From positions 1,172 to 65,171 of the forward strand of contig DAHXOD010000001.1 in the NCBI GenBank assembly GCA_027365055.1: a stretch of DNA of 64,000 nt, in the 5' to 3' direction. This document shows, piece after piece, positions 33,690 through 43,602 of this stretch (positions within the stretch are counted from its first letter, which is position 1; each line of letters begins with the position of its first letter). The position numbers and the translations under genes were made by a program. A model generated the notes under the pieces. It was not told the origin of the DNA. It did no database searches and saw only the letters and a list, made by a program, of their open reading frames with translations. This DNA comes from a bacterium. GTDB lineage: Bacteria; Actinomycetota; Acidimicrobiia; Acidimicrobiales; RAAP-2.

Positions 33690-33857
33690 TTGGCTCTCTT
33701 GTGTCGTCTCGGTGTCTTCCAGTCCTTTTCGATAGTCTCCATCTCAGTGCGGCGTGCCCGGTCCACTAGAGTGGCCCATCACTGACTGCCGTACCACTGA
33801 CGTCCACCGGACCGGTCCCTGCGCGTGGCCGGACGATCATCGAACCGAGGAGTTGCC

Positions 33858-34154
33858 GTGCCCGCAGAGACCCACGTGGGGGAGGGACCGCTCGAACGTC
33901 CGCAGGTCTTCGAGTTGATTCGCGACCTCCTCGCGGACATTCTCGAGATCGAACCGTCGGCGATCACCGAGTCTTCGTCGTTCGCGGAGGATCTGAACGC
34001 AGACTCCCTCGCTCTGATCGAACTGGTCGAGGGGTTGGAGGAAGAATTGGGAGAACGCTCGGTGGGTTTCCGCATCGACGACGAGGATCTCGAGGATCTC
34101 CGCACCGTTCGCGACGCCGTCGACTACGTGCACACCAAGCTGGCAGGGGCCTGA
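33858..34154 (+). CDS. Acyl carrier protein
   Basis: GAGGAG SD 5 nt upstream of GTG 33858. The phosphopantetheine site is LNADSLALIELV, and the protein is an acidic four-helix type. It sits directly upstream of rnc, as acpA does in Bacillus. Confidence 0.85.
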   Translation: MPAETHVGEGPLERPQVFELIRDLLADILEIEPSAITESSSFAEDLNADSLALIELVEGLEEELGERSVGFRIDDEDLEDLRTVRDAVDYVHTKLAGA

Positions 34155-34167
34155 GACGGACCACCGC

Positions 34168-34839
34168 ATCGACTACAGATTCACCGATCCGACCCTGCTC
34201 GACCAGGCGTTCTCCCATCGGTCCTGGTGTGCCGAGCACGACGGTCTGCCCTCCAACGAGCGGTTGGAGTTTTTGGGTGACGCCGTGCTCGGCCTGGTGG
34301 TGGCCGACCACACCTATCGATCGCGCCCTGACCTTGCCGAGGGTGTGCTGGCCAAGGTGCGGGCGGCAGTGGTGAACACCCGGGTCCTGGCAGAAGTGGC
34401 GGTTGAGCTGGGGCTCGGACCAAGACTTCGGCTCGGCCACGGCGAAGATCTCTCGGGTGGCCGGTCCAAGGAGTCGATCCTGGCGGATACCACCGAAGCG
34501 GTGATCGGGGCTGTCTACCTCGACGGGGGATTCGATGCAGCACAGCGGCTGGTGCTCGACCGGCTCGGTTCCCGTATCGACGCGGCGGTGGCCCAGCCCG
34601 GCGAGGCTGACCACAAGAGCCGCCTTCAGGAGGAGTCCGTGCGGGCCGGGCGGGGCGTTCCTCGCTACGAAGTGCGGGGCAGGGGCCCCGACCATGACCG
34701 GAGGTACCTGGCCACGGTGTACGTTGCTGACCAGGCCCTCGGAACGGGAGAGGGACGATCGAAGAAGGACGCAGAGCAAGGGGCCGCGGAGGTCGCCTGT
34801 CGAGCGTTGGGGGATGAGAGAGGCGGAGGGGATGCCTGA
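34168..34839 (+). CDS. rnc: Ribonuclease III
   Basis: NERLEFLGDAVLG, ILADTTEAVIGAVYLDGG and a C-terminal dsRBD (GPDHDRRYLATV..GEGRSKKDAEQGAA). The 5' end is problematic. Conserved N-terminal residues (IDYRFTDPTLLDQAFSHRS) are encoded in frame upstream of the first canonical start (TTG 34264). ATC 34168 is given as a provisional start. Confidence 0.85.
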   Translation: MDYRFTDPTLLDQAFSHRSWCAEHDGLPSNERLEFLGDAVLGLVVADHTYRSRPDLAEGVLAKVRAAVVNTRVLAEVAVELGLGPRLRLGHGEDLSGGRSKESILADTTEAVIGAVYLDGGFDAAQRLVLDRLGSRIDAAVAQPGEADHKSRLQEESVRAGRGVPRYEVRGRGPDHDRRYLATVYVADQALGTGEGRSKKDAEQGAAEVACRALGDERGGGDA

Positions 34840-35674
34840 ACTGCCCGAGGTGGAGACCATCCGGCGCGATCTGCAGGGCGAGGTCGTGGGTCGGAAGATC
34901 AAGACCGTCGAGGTCCGCAACGGCAGGACCGTGCGTCGTCACCCGAGCGCCAAGCACTTCCGGGCTCGTCTCGAAGGACGCACGGTGACCTCCATCGGCC
35001 GATCGGGGAAGTACCTCCTCCTGGGCCTCGACGACGGGGCGACCCTGGTGGTGCACCTGGGCATGAGCGGTCAGCTCCAGCGGGCCAAGAGCGCCAAGGA
35101 GCCCAAGGCACCGCACACCCATGCGGTCGTCGTCTTCACCCAGGGTGGCCAGCTGCGTTTCGTGGACCCACGGACCTTCGGAGAGCTGTTCGTCTCGGGC
35201 CCCCCGGCGGAGGGTGAACCGGCGGTCCCCGAGTTGGCCCACCTGGGTTTCGACCCGCTCGAGGACGTGATGAGCTGGGAGAAGTTCTGGGTGTTGCTGG
35301 CCTCGCACAAGGCTGGCCTGAAGGCGTTGCTGATGGATCAGGAGTTCGTCGCCGGGATCGGCAACATGTACGCGGACGAGATTCTGTTCGCCGCCGGTCT
35401 TCGCTACGACCGGCTGTCGAGCTCCCTCTCCTCCCAAGAGGTCCGCCGTCTCTATCGCTCGATGGTGGAGACACTGGCCGAAGCGGTCAAGCGGCGGGGT
35501 TCCTCGCTGGCCGACGAGCAGTACCGGGACCTGTTCGGTGAGGTCGGGGACTACCAGGGCCAGCACCAGGCGTATGACCGGGAGGGGCAGGCGTGCCGGC
35601 GATGCCGGTCCACCATCATCCGGGTGAAGTCCGGGGGACGCTCCACGTATCTGTGCGAACACTGCCAGGTTTGA
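34832..35674 (+). CDS. mutM: Formamidopyrimidine-DNA glycosylase (Fpg/MutM)
   Basis: MPELPEVETIRR at the N-terminus and a C-terminal zinc finger CRRCRSTIIRVKSGGRSTYLCEHCQ. There is an 8-nt overlap with rnc. Confidence 0.92.
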   Translation: MPELPEVETIRRDLQGEVVGRKIKTVEVRNGRTVRRHPSAKHFRARLEGRTVTSIGRSGKYLLLGLDDGATLVVHLGMSGQLQRAKSAKEPKAPHTHAVVVFTQGGQLRFVDPRTFGELFVSGPPAEGEPAVPELAHLGFDPLEDVMSWEKFWVLLASHKAGLKALLMDQEFVAGIGNMYADEILFAAGLRYDRLSSSLSSQEVRRLYRSMVETLAEAVKRRGSSLADEQYRDLFGEVGDYQGQHQAYDREGQACRRCRSTIIRVKSGGRSTYLCEHCQV

Positions 35675-35712
35675 ACAGTTCCCGCTGTGAACGGTCTGAC
35701 CGGGGGTCCCCC

Positions 35713-35775
35713 TGGGCACCGCGCCGGCGCCCCGATGCCGGTCGGTGGGCACCGCGCCGGCGCCCCGATGCCGGT
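35713..35775. repeat. Perfect 30-bp direct repeat x2 (33-bp period) just upstream of smc
   Basis: tgggcaccgcgccggcgccccgatgccggt occurs at 35713-35742 and 35746-35775. The second copy ends 14 nt before the smc GTG. Confidence 0.95.
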
Positions 35776-35789
35776 AGGGTGAGCGCCCG

Positions 35790-38700
35790 GTGTTCCTGAA
35801 GTCGCTCTCCCTCAAAGGGTTCAAATCGTTTGCCGATCCAGCCGTGCTCGAATTCGAGCCCGGCATCACGGTGGTGGTCGGTCCCAACGGCAGCGGCAAG
35901 TCCAACGTGGTCGACGCGGTGGCCTGGGTCCTGGGAGCGCAAGGCCCGCGGACGGTGCGTTCGGCCAAGATGGAAGACGTCATCTTCGTGGGAACGGCCA
36001 ACCGGCCGGCGCTCGGTCGGGCGGAGGTGGCCCTCACGATCGACAACAGCTCGGGCCGGCTCCCTTCGGACCTGGCCGAGATCACCATCACCCGTACGTT
36101 GTTCCGTTCCGGCGACAGCGAGTACGCGATCAACGGCGCCCCCTGCCGGTTGCTCGACGTCCAGGAGTTGCTTTCGGACACCGGTGTCGGGCGTCAGCAA
36201 CACGTGATCATCAGTCAGGGCCAGCTGGACGCGATCTTGAACGCCCGTCCGGAAGACCGCCGTTCGGTCATCGAGGAAGCCGCAGGCGTCCTCAAGTACC
36301 GCAGGCGCCGTGAGCGGTCCGAGCGCCGGCTGGCGGCGACGGACGAGAACCTCGAACGGCTTTACGACCTGGTCCGCGAGGTCAAACGGCAGATCCGACC
36401 GCTCGAGCGCCAGGCGGCAGCGGCGCGCAACCATCTCGAGCTGGCCGGCGAGCTCCGTGCGGTACGGCTCTTTCTCGCCGGAAACGAACTGGCCTCCCTC
36501 GACGGTCGTACTCGCGACGGCAAGGCGCTCGAGCGCGAGTTGCGCACCAGCGAGGAGCGCCTGAGGGCGTCAGTGGCGACGCTCGACACCGACACCAGCC
36601 GTACGTCGGACGAGTTGTCCGCGCAACGCGAAGCCGATCTCGCGTCGTCGCTGGGTCGGGTCGAAGGACTGGTCGAGCGGGCTCGCGGCCTGACCGGCGT
36701 GCTCCGGGAGCGCCAACGGTCCCTGGCGCAGGCCCTGGACGCCGCAGCCGACGCCGACGTGGTCTCGACCCTCGAAGCGGAGGGCGCGCGCCTGGCAGCG
36801 GAGATCGAGTTGGCCGAGGGTGAGGCTGGCACACTGGCCGTGCAAGAAGCTCAGGTGATCGAAGCGGTCGCCGCCCCGGCGGCCGAATTGGTGGCTCACC
36901 TGGAGACCTGGGGGGACGGCGCCGAAGTGCGGCGGGCTGACGAAGCGGTCACCGTGGCTCGGGCACAGCTCGAGGCGCTCGATCGCGGTCTCGAACGTGA
37001 TCGTCGCACCCTCGACCAGGTCACCACCCGTCAGGTAGTGGCTCAGCGCCGGGTCAGTACCACCGAAGGCGAGGAGCACGAGCTCACCGAACGCCTGGCC
37101 GAGACCGAGCAGGCCCGCAATCTGTTGCAGGCCGCGGTCGCCGAGTCGGAAGCCGCGCTCGCCGATGCACTCCAGCGGTTGGAGGTGGCCGAGGAGACGC
37201 TCCGCAAGGCCGAACAGGAGCATCACCGGTCGGCCGCACGCGCCGATGCGTTGGCCCGGGCGCTCGACGAGGCGCGTGGCGCGGCCGGGGCGGAGTTGCT
37301 CGCCGGGGTGGACGGCGTGGTCGGGATCCTCCTCGATCTGGTGGAAGTGGACGCAGGGTGGGAGCAGGCGTTCGACGCGGCCGCCGGGGCTTCGTTGTCG
37401 GCGGTGGTCGTCTCCGGCAATCAACCGGCGCGAGCGGCACTGGCCCGGCTCCGTCAGGGCGAGGCTCCTGGTGCGGTGTTGGCTCTCTCGTCAGCCGGGA
37501 GCCTCCGTCCCTCGGCAGCCGGAGGCGGTCTGTCGAGCATCACTGGCTTGGTTCCGGGGGTGGAACCCGTGCGCACGCATGTCCGGGAGCGACGCGATCG
37601 ACCGGGTGTCGCCGGATTGGAACACGTGCTCGACACCCTGCTGGCCGGGGCCTTCTGCGCCGAGGAGTGGTCCTCGGCAATCGACCTGGCCCTGGAGCGA
37701 CCCGATCTGGTGGTGGTCACCCGCGAGGGGGACCGTTTCTCGTCCACCGGTTGGCGCGTCCGGGCGGCTGGAGGAGTGGTGACTGCCGCGGTGGTCGACG
37801 AGGCGCAGGCGCGGGCGGAGACGGCGACGGTGGAAGCCGAGCGAGCCGCCACCGAGCGCGGAGTGGCCCGGGCTGCGGTGGAGGCGGCCCGGGCGGCCGC
37901 CGCGGAGGCTGTGCGCGCCGACGAACGCAACGAGACCGCCCACCACGCAGCAAGCGTGGCCCGCCAGCGGATCGCCGGCGAACTGTCCGCCCTGGCGGCG
38001 GAGCTCGACGACGCGATCCGCTCCTCCCGTGAGATCGAGGAGCGGATCGAGCGGGACGCGCGCCGGCGCGCCGAGCTTGAGCTCGGTCTTCCCGCGCTCG
38101 AATCGGCCCGGGAGCGTGCCGGGCGGGCGGCTGTGGAGGCGCGTGCAGAACGCGCCCGGATCGACGCCCGTACCGCTGAGGCTGCGGTGCTCCGCAGTGA
38201 ATGGGAAGCTCGGGTGGCCGGGGTCGAGGAGCGTCGCCGCGTGCTGGTCGATAGATTGAGCGAGGTGGAGCGCCGGCTCACCGGGCATGCCGAGGAACGT
38301 CTCGAGGCGGCTGAACGACGGCGTCGCCTCGAGGCGGACGCCACTGCAGCCAGCCGTCTCGTCGAGTTGGTGGCCGAGGTCAGTCACACGTTGTCCGGCG
38401 CTCGCAGTGAGCTCCGTGAGCGTCACCGGCTCCAGCTCGAAGCCGTGCGGGCCGGGGGGGCGCGGCTCGAAACGCTCCGGCGCCAGCGAGCGGCGGCCGA
38501 GCACGAGCTGGCCGCGGTGCGGAGCCGCCTCCAGAAGGTGGAGCTCGATCTGGCCGAGGTGACCATCCGTCGTCAAACCGTGGTGGACCTGCTGATGCGC
38601 GAGCTCGGGAGCGACGAGACGGAAGCGGCGGCCGCGCCGCAGCCCGACCTGGATGGGATGGACGCCGATGCCCGGGTGGCCCACCTCGAGTCCCAGATTC

Positions 38701-39470
38701 GGACGTTGGGTCCGGTCAACCCGCTGGCCGTCGAGGAGCTCACCGAACTGGGTGAGCGTCATCAGTTCCTCCAAGCCCAGGTCGACGACGTCCGTGTCGC
38801 CCGGCGCGAGCTCCAACAGGTGATCCATACCCTTGACGGGGAGATCATGCAGGTGTTCGACGCGGCGTTCGCCGATGTCAACGAACACTTCTCCTCGCTG
38901 GTGACCTCGTTGTTCCCCGGGGGAACCGGCCGACTGTCACTGACCGATCCCGGAAACCTGCTGGAGACCGGGGTCGAGGTCGAGGTACGGCCAGCGGGCC
39001 GCAATGTCCGGCGGCTGTCCCTGCTCTCCGGGGGCGAGCGTTCCCTGGTGGCTCTGGCGTTCCTCTTCGCCGTCTTTCGCAGCCGGCCGTCGCCCTTCTA
39101 CTTGATGGACGAGGTCGAGGCTGCCCTCGACGACGTCAACCTCCACCGGTTCCTCGGCTTGGTCCACGAGTTCCGCGAGGAGGCACAGCTGATCATCGTG
39201 AGCCACCAGAAGCGCACCATGGAGGCCGGCGACGCCCTCTACGGGGTGACCATGGCCCCCGGCGGCTCGTCCAAGGTGGTCAGCCAGAAGGTGCCCCGCC
39301 GCCAGGGCGAACCAGACGTGTCACCGCTCGACCCCTCGGAGAGCGAGCCGGCACCGCACGCGAGCGCGGCGCTGCCGGACGAGAGGAGCGGCGCCGGCGG
39401 TGCGCTGAACGTCGGTCCATCGAGCGCCGGTGATGCACACTCGGGTCGACCGCCGGGAGGGTTGCCGTGA
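35790..39470 (+). CDS. smc: Chromosome segregation protein SMC
   Basis: N-terminal FKSFADP..VVGPNGSGKSNVVDA, long coiled coils, a hinge, and C-terminal LSGGERSLVALAFLFA..MDEVEAALD. There is a Ser/Pro/Gly tail of about 45 aa. Confidence 0.95.
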   Translation: MFLKSLSLKGFKSFADPAVLEFEPGITVVVGPNGSGKSNVVDAVAWVLGAQGPRTVRSAKMEDVIFVGTANRPALGRAEVALTIDNSSGRLPSDLAEITITRTLFRSGDSEYAINGAPCRLLDVQELLSDTGVGRQQHVIISQGQLDAILNARPEDRRSVIEEAAGVLKYRRRRERSERRLAATDENLERLYDLVREVKRQIRPLERQAAAARNHLELAGELRAVRLFLAGNELASLDGRTRDGKALERELRTSEERLRASVATLDTDTSRTSDELSAQREADLASSLGRVEGLVERARGLTGVLRERQRSLAQALDAAADADVVSTLEAEGARLAAEIELAEGEAGTLAVQEAQVIEAVAAPAAELVAHLETWGDGAEVRRADEAVTVARAQLEALDRGLERDRRTLDQVTTRQVVAQRRVSTTEGEEHELTERLAETEQARNLLQAAVAESEAALADALQRLEVAEETLRKAEQEHHRSAARADALARALDEARGAAGAELLAGVDGVVGILLDLVEVDAGWEQAFDAAAGASLSAVVVSGNQPARAALARLRQGEAPGAVLALSSAGSLRPSAAGGGLSSITGLVPGVEPVRTHVRERRDRPGVAGLEHVLDTLLAGAFCAEEWSSAIDLALERPDLVVVTREGDRFSSTGWRVRAAGGVVTAAVVDEAQARAETATVEAERAATERGVARAAVEAARAAAAEAVRADERNETAHHAASVARQRIAGELSALAAELDDAIRSSREIEERIERDARRRAELELGLPALESARERAGRAAVEARAERARIDARTAEAAVLRSEWEARVAGVEERRRVLVDRLSEVERRLTGHAEERLEAAERRRRLEADATAASRLVELVAEVSHTLSGARSELRERHRLQLEAVRAGGARLETLRRQRAAAEHELAAVRSRLQKVELDLAEVTIRRQTVVDLLMRELGSDETEAAAAPQPDLDGMDADARVAHLESQIRTLGPVNPLAVEELTELGERHQFLQAQVDDVRVARRELQQVIHTLDGEIMQVFDAAFADVNEHFSSLVTSLFPGGTGRLSLTDPGNLLETGVEVEVRPAGRNVRRLSLLSGGERSLVALAFLFAVFRSRPSPFYLMDEVEAALDDVNLHRFLGLVHEFREEAQLIIVSHQKRTMEAGDALYGVTMAPGGSSKVVSQKVPRRQGEPDVSPLDPSESEPAPHASAALPDERSGAGGALNVGPSSAGDAHSGRPPGGLP

Positions 39471-40720
39471 CCGACCTCACCAGCCTGGCCAGCACCGAGG
39501 TGGTCGGTCTGGCCATCGGCATTCCGGTCGCGGTGGTCGCCGTCGGAACGGGGATCGGGCTGCGGCTCCGAAAGCGCAGGGGTGCTGCGCCAACCCCTGT
39601 CGCGTCACCCCCTGTCGCGCCACCCCCCGTCGCGCCACCCCGGGCAGACAAGCCGCCTGTCGCGGCCGAGGTCCCCGCCGGCACCGACCTCGAGGGAGCG
39701 GCTGAACCAGCAGCCGAGGAGCCACCTACCGGGACGGCGACCCCCAGCGCGGCGGCTGCTCCCGCCACGTTCCGAGACCGGATGGGCAAAGCCAGGGGCC
39801 TGCTGGCGGGCTACCTCGGCTCGGTCCGGTCCCGACAGAAGGTCGACGGCAGCACCTGGGATGATCTCGAAGAGGCGTTGATCCGTGCCGACGTGGGCGT
39901 CGGTGCGACCGATGCCCTGCTGGCGGACTTACGAAGTCGGGTGAAGGCAGGGACCATCAGCGGGGTCGAGGAGCTGATCGACGCCCTGAAGGAGGACCTG
40001 GTCTCAGCGTTGGCCACGCCGAAGGCCGCGCTCGATGTTCCGGAACCCGGGGGTGCCCTTCCCGTGGTTCGCAACGGACCGGACGGGTCGAACGGTGACG
40101 GGGAGTCGGAACGTGCGGTGGCGGTCTGGTTGTTCGTCGGAGTGAACGGGGTCGGCAAAACCACCACCGTGGGCAAGGTGGCCAACCGATTGACCCAGGG
40201 CGGGACCACGGTACTGCTGGCGGCGGGTGATACGTTTCGCGCCGCCGCCGGCGAGCAGCTCGAACTGTGGGCACAGCGATCCGGGGCCGATATCGTGCGG
40301 GGGGGCGAGGGCGGGGATCCCAGCTCGGTGGTGTTCGACGCGGTCCAGCGGGCGGCGTCGCGGGGTTATCAGTTGGTCTTGGCGGACACCGCCGGCCGTC
40401 TCCACAACAAGGTGAACCTGGTCGAGGAACTGAAGAAGATCCGCCGGGTGGCCGACCGGGCCCCTGGAACTGTCACCGAAGTGTTGCTGGTGCTCGATGC
40501 CACCACCGGCCAGAACGGACTGGCACAGGCCAAGGTCTTCCTCGAGGCGGTCGAGGTGACCGGCGTCGTGCTCACCAAGCTCGACGGGACGGCGAAGGGT
40601 GGCATCGTCGTGGCCATCCAGCGCGAGCTGGGACTGCCGGTCAAACTGGTCGGCCTGGGCGAGGGAGTCGAGGATCTCGTCGATTTCGACCCGGTGGCGT
40701 TCGTCGACGCCCTGTTCTGA
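39467..40720 (+). CDS. ftsY: Signal recognition particle receptor FtsY (membrane-anchored form)
   Basis: GTGA overlap with smc. The protein has an N-terminal TM helix and a Pro/Val/Ala repeat region. The NG domain contains GVNGVGKTTT, DTAGRL and TKLDGTAKGG. Confidence 0.93.
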   Translation: MTDLTSLASTEVVGLAIGIPVAVVAVGTGIGLRLRKRRGAAPTPVASPPVAPPPVAPPRADKPPVAAEVPAGTDLEGAAEPAAEEPPTGTATPSAAAAPATFRDRMGKARGLLAGYLGSVRSRQKVDGSTWDDLEEALIRADVGVGATDALLADLRSRVKAGTISGVEELIDALKEDLVSALATPKAALDVPEPGGALPVVRNGPDGSNGDGESERAVAVWLFVGVNGVGKTTTVGKVANRLTQGGTTVLLAAGDTFRAAAGEQLELWAQRSGADIVRGGEGGDPSSVVFDAVQRAASRGYQLVLADTAGRLHNKVNLVEELKKIRRVADRAPGTVTEVLLVLDATTGQNGLAQAKVFLEAVEVTGVVLTKLDGTAKGGIVVAIQRELGLPVKLVGLGEGVEDLVDFDPVAFVDALF

Positions 40721-40769
40721 TCGAGACCGGAGTTGGGTTCGTCCCGCCTTCCTGTAGCGTGAGAGTCCC

Positions 40770-42326
40770 ATGTTCGAGAGCCTGACCGACCGATTCGAAG
40801 GCATTCTTTCGCGCCTGCGGTCCCGCGGACGCCTGAGTGCCGAGGACGTCGACGAGATCCTCCGAGAGATCCGGACCGCGTTACTCGAAGCCGACGTGGA
40901 GCTGGGGGTCGTCCGGGCCTTTACGGGTGCCGTCCGAGATCGGTGCGTTGGCCTCGACCTGTCCCAGAGCCTCAGCCCGGGCCAGCAGGTCGTCAAGATT
41001 GTCAACGAGGAGCTGACTCGCATCCTGGGAGGTGAGACGCTCCGGATCGCCTACGCGAGCCATCCGCCCACCGTCGTGCTCCTCGCCGGTCTGCAGGGTG
41101 CTGGAAAGACCACGGCCGCGGGCAAGTTGGCCCGGTGGTTCAAGCAGCAGGGCCGCAATCCCCTGCTGGTGGGAGCCGACCTGCAGCGTCCGGCGGCGGT
41201 GGAGCAACTCCGGGTCCTGGGTGGCCAGGCCGGCGTCACGGTGTTCAGTGAGCCCACCGACCCGGTGTCCGTCGCCGCAGCCGGACTCGACGAAGCCCGC
41301 CGGCTCGGCCGGGACGTGCTGATCGTCGACACGGCCGGGCGCTTGTCGATCGACGAGACGCTGATGGAAGAGGTCCGCCAGGTGGCGGGGGTGGTCCGTC
41401 CGCACTACACGTTCCTGGTGATCGACGCGATGACCGGTCAGGACGCGGTGTCGACCGCGGTCGCCTTCCATGACGCGCTCACCCTCGACGGAGTCATCCT
41501 CACCAAGCTCGACGGGGACGCCCGAGGTGGAGCGGCACTCTCGGTCAAGGAGGTGGTCGGCCGCCCGATCGCCTTCGCCTCGACCGGAGAGAGGCTCGAC
41601 GATTTCGACCAGTTCCACCCGGATCGCATGGCCGAGCGGATTCTCGGCATGGGGGACGTGCTGTCGCTCATCGAGCAGGCCGAGCGGACCTTCGACGAAG
41701 GCGTGGCCACCAAGGGCGCCGCGGCCATCGTCGAAGGGCGGTTCACGCTCGAGGACTTTCTCGAACAGCTGCAGCAAGTGAAGAAGATGGGCTCCGTCTC
41801 GGGGATGCTGTCGTTGCTCCCCGGGATTCCGAAGGACCTGAAGCAGGCCTCGTCGATGGTCGACGATCGCCAGATCGGCCAGGTGGAGGCGATCATCCGT
41901 TCGATGACGCCGGCCGAGCGCATCGACCCGACCCTGATCGACGGTTCACGACGGGTCCGCATCGCCAATGGCAGTGGCACGGCCACCACCGACGTCAATG
42001 CGCTCCTCAAGCAGTTCAAGGAGATGCAGAAGATGATGAAGGGATTCGGAAAAGGCGGCATGGGTGGGATGATGGGTGGCCTCGGCGGCCTGTTCGGTCG
42101 TGGACCGAAGCCATCGCCCCAGGCCATGGCGGAACTGGCGGGACTGGCCGGTCCGTTGGGCGGCCTCGATGGCAGTTCGGACGCTGGCGACCTGGTCGGT
42201 GGCGGATCCCTGGCATTGGCGGGCGGTGGCGGTCCGGCCGTACCGAGAGGAACGCCACGGGCGAAGAAGGGCAAGGGCGGAAAGAAGGGCAAGGGCGGTG
42301 GGCGGGTCACGCCCAAGGCGCGCTGA
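40770..42326 (+). CDS. ffh: Signal recognition particle protein Ffh
   Basis: [29 protein letters not shown], a Met-rich M domain and a Gly/Lys-rich tail. Confidence 0.95.
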   Translation: MFESLTDRFEGILSRLRSRGRLSAEDVDEILREIRTALLEADVELGVVRAFTGAVRDRCVGLDLSQSLSPGQQVVKIVNEELTRILGGETLRIAYASHPPTVVLLAGLQGAGKTTAAGKLARWFKQQGRNPLLVGADLQRPAAVEQLRVLGGQAGVTVFSEPTDPVSVAAAGLDEARRLGRDVLIVDTAGRLSIDETLMEEVRQVAGVVRPHYTFLVIDAMTGQDAVSTAVAFHDALTLDGVILTKLDGDARGGAALSVKEVVGRPIAFASTGERLDDFDQFHPDRMAERILGMGDVLSLIEQAERTFDEGVATKGAAAIVEGRFTLEDFLEQLQQVKKMGSVSGMLSLLPGIPKDLKQASSMVDDRQIGQVEAIIRSMTPAERIDPTLIDGSRRVRIANGSGTATTDVNALLKQFKEMQKMMKGFGKGGMGGMMGGLGGLFGRGPKPSPQAMAELAGLAGPLGGLDGSSDAGDLVGGGSLALAGGGGPAVPRGTPRAKKGKGGKKGKGGGRVTPKAR

Positions 42327-42472
42327 CCTGCGTCGACCGCTGCCCCTCGGGAGGAGCAGATCGGCACGCGGACCCGGGCACCGGAGAGCAGGCCGGATCA
42401 GAGGATGCACACGACCTCGCCGAATGGTGGGAGACTATGCGCCGCTATCGACACTATGCAGAGGAGCACATC

Positions 42473-42760
42473 GTGGCAGTCAAGCTCCGCCTCGTGCGGA
42501 TCGGGAAGAAGAAGCAGCCGACCTACCGGTTAGTAGCGGCGGACAGTCGTTCGCCCCGGAATGGCCGGTTCATTGAGATCGTGGGGACCTACGCACCCCG
42601 GGGCAAGTCGTTGGCCGAACCGGATGCCGTCGTGCAGATCGACAATGCCAAGGCAGTCAAATGGCTCTCTCAGGGAGCCCAGCCCACCGAGCGGGTGGCG
42701 AAGCTGTTGCAGCAGTCGGGAGCGTTGGAGGAGTTTGCCACCGCGAAGGCGGCCGGGTGA
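42473..42760 (+). CDS. rpsP: 30S ribosomal protein S16
   Basis: [43 protein letters not shown] 6 nt upstream of GTG 42473. Confidence 0.93.
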   Translation: MAVKLRLVRIGKKKQPTYRLVAADSRSPRNGRFIEIVGTYAPRGKSLAEPDAVVQIDNAKAVKWLSQGAQPTERVAKLLQQSGALEEFATAKAAG

Positions 42761-43086
42761 CCGACGACCTGGCGATCGACGACACCCCGGCGGGAGAGGT
42801 CGACAACGATGCCGGTCAGGACGATACCGGGAACCGGATCGCGGGAGGAACCCCTTTGGCCGTGGTCACCTATCTGGTGCGTTCGCTGGCTGGTGAGCCC
42901 GACGAGGTGGTGATCGAGACCGAGGAGCGCAACGGCAGTGTGCGGTTCCGGATCCACGTCGCTCCCGAGGACATGGGTCGGGTGATCGGTCGGCGCGGTC
43001 GGGTCGCCCAGGCCATCCGCACGGTCGTGGCTGCTGCTGGTGCGCGTGACGGCGTACAGACCAACGTCGATATCGTCGACGACTGA
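42757..43086 (+). CDS. KH-domain RNA-binding protein (YlqC family)
   Basis: GTGA overlap with rpsP. It has the [20 protein letters not shown] motif and an acidic N-terminal extension. Confidence 0.85.
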   Translation: MTDDLAIDDTPAGEVDNDAGQDDTGNRIAGGTPLAVVTYLVRSLAGEPDEVVIETEERNGSVRFRIHVAPEDMGRVIGRRGRVAQAIRTVVAAAGARDGVQTNVDIVDD

Positions 43087-43099
43087 GCAGGTCCGACCG

Positions 43100-43591
43100 G
43101 TGGTGGGACCCCAGGGCGAGCCGCTGTTGGCCGTCGGACGGATCGTCAAGCCCCACGGGCTCCGAGGCGACGTCATCGTGGCGCTCACCACCAACCGCGA
43201 CGAGCGGATCGCACCCGGCTCGCTCCTGATCGCCCAGGACGGCGCCGAATTCACCGTGGGGCGCTCCTCGGCTCATCAGGGGCGCTACATCGTGTCGTTC
43301 GAAGGCGTCGACGGCATCGACCATGCGGAGCGGCTGCGCGACACGGCCTTGTACGCTCCCCCCCTTGACGATCCCGAGGCACTGTGGGTGCACGAGCTGA
43401 TCGGTGCCGCGGTGGTGGACTCGTCCGGACGGGCCCTCGGAACGGTGGAGAGCGTCCAGGCCAATCCGGCGAGCGACCTCCTCGTCCTCGAGGAGGGAGG
43501 GTTGATCCCGCTCCGTTTCGTCGTCGAGGTCGAGTCCACCGCTCGGGTGGTGGAGGTGGACATCCCCGAAGGGCTTCTCGAGCTCGACTGA
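43100..43591 (+). CDS. rimM: Ribosome maturation factor RimM
   Basis: VGRIVKPHGLRGDVIV... and a PRC barrel at the C-terminus. GTG 43100 is the first start after the KH gene stop. Confidence 0.88.
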   Translation: MVGPQGEPLLAVGRIVKPHGLRGDVIVALTTNRDERIAPGSLLIAQDGAEFTVGRSSAHQGRYIVSFEGVDGIDHAERLRDTALYAPPLDDPEALWVHELIGAAVVDSSGRALGTVESVQANPASDLLVLEEGGLIPLRFVVEVESTARVVEVDIPEGLLELD

Positions 43592-43602
43592 ACTGAGCCG
43601 GA

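Noticed and set aside
34181-36181. 666-aa minus-strand ORF, and similar ones at 43709..45379 and 46697..48250.
   Set aside because: They are antisense to rnc/mutM/smc, trmD/rplS/DUF2469 and comM respectively, all of which carry unmistakable signatures on the + strand.
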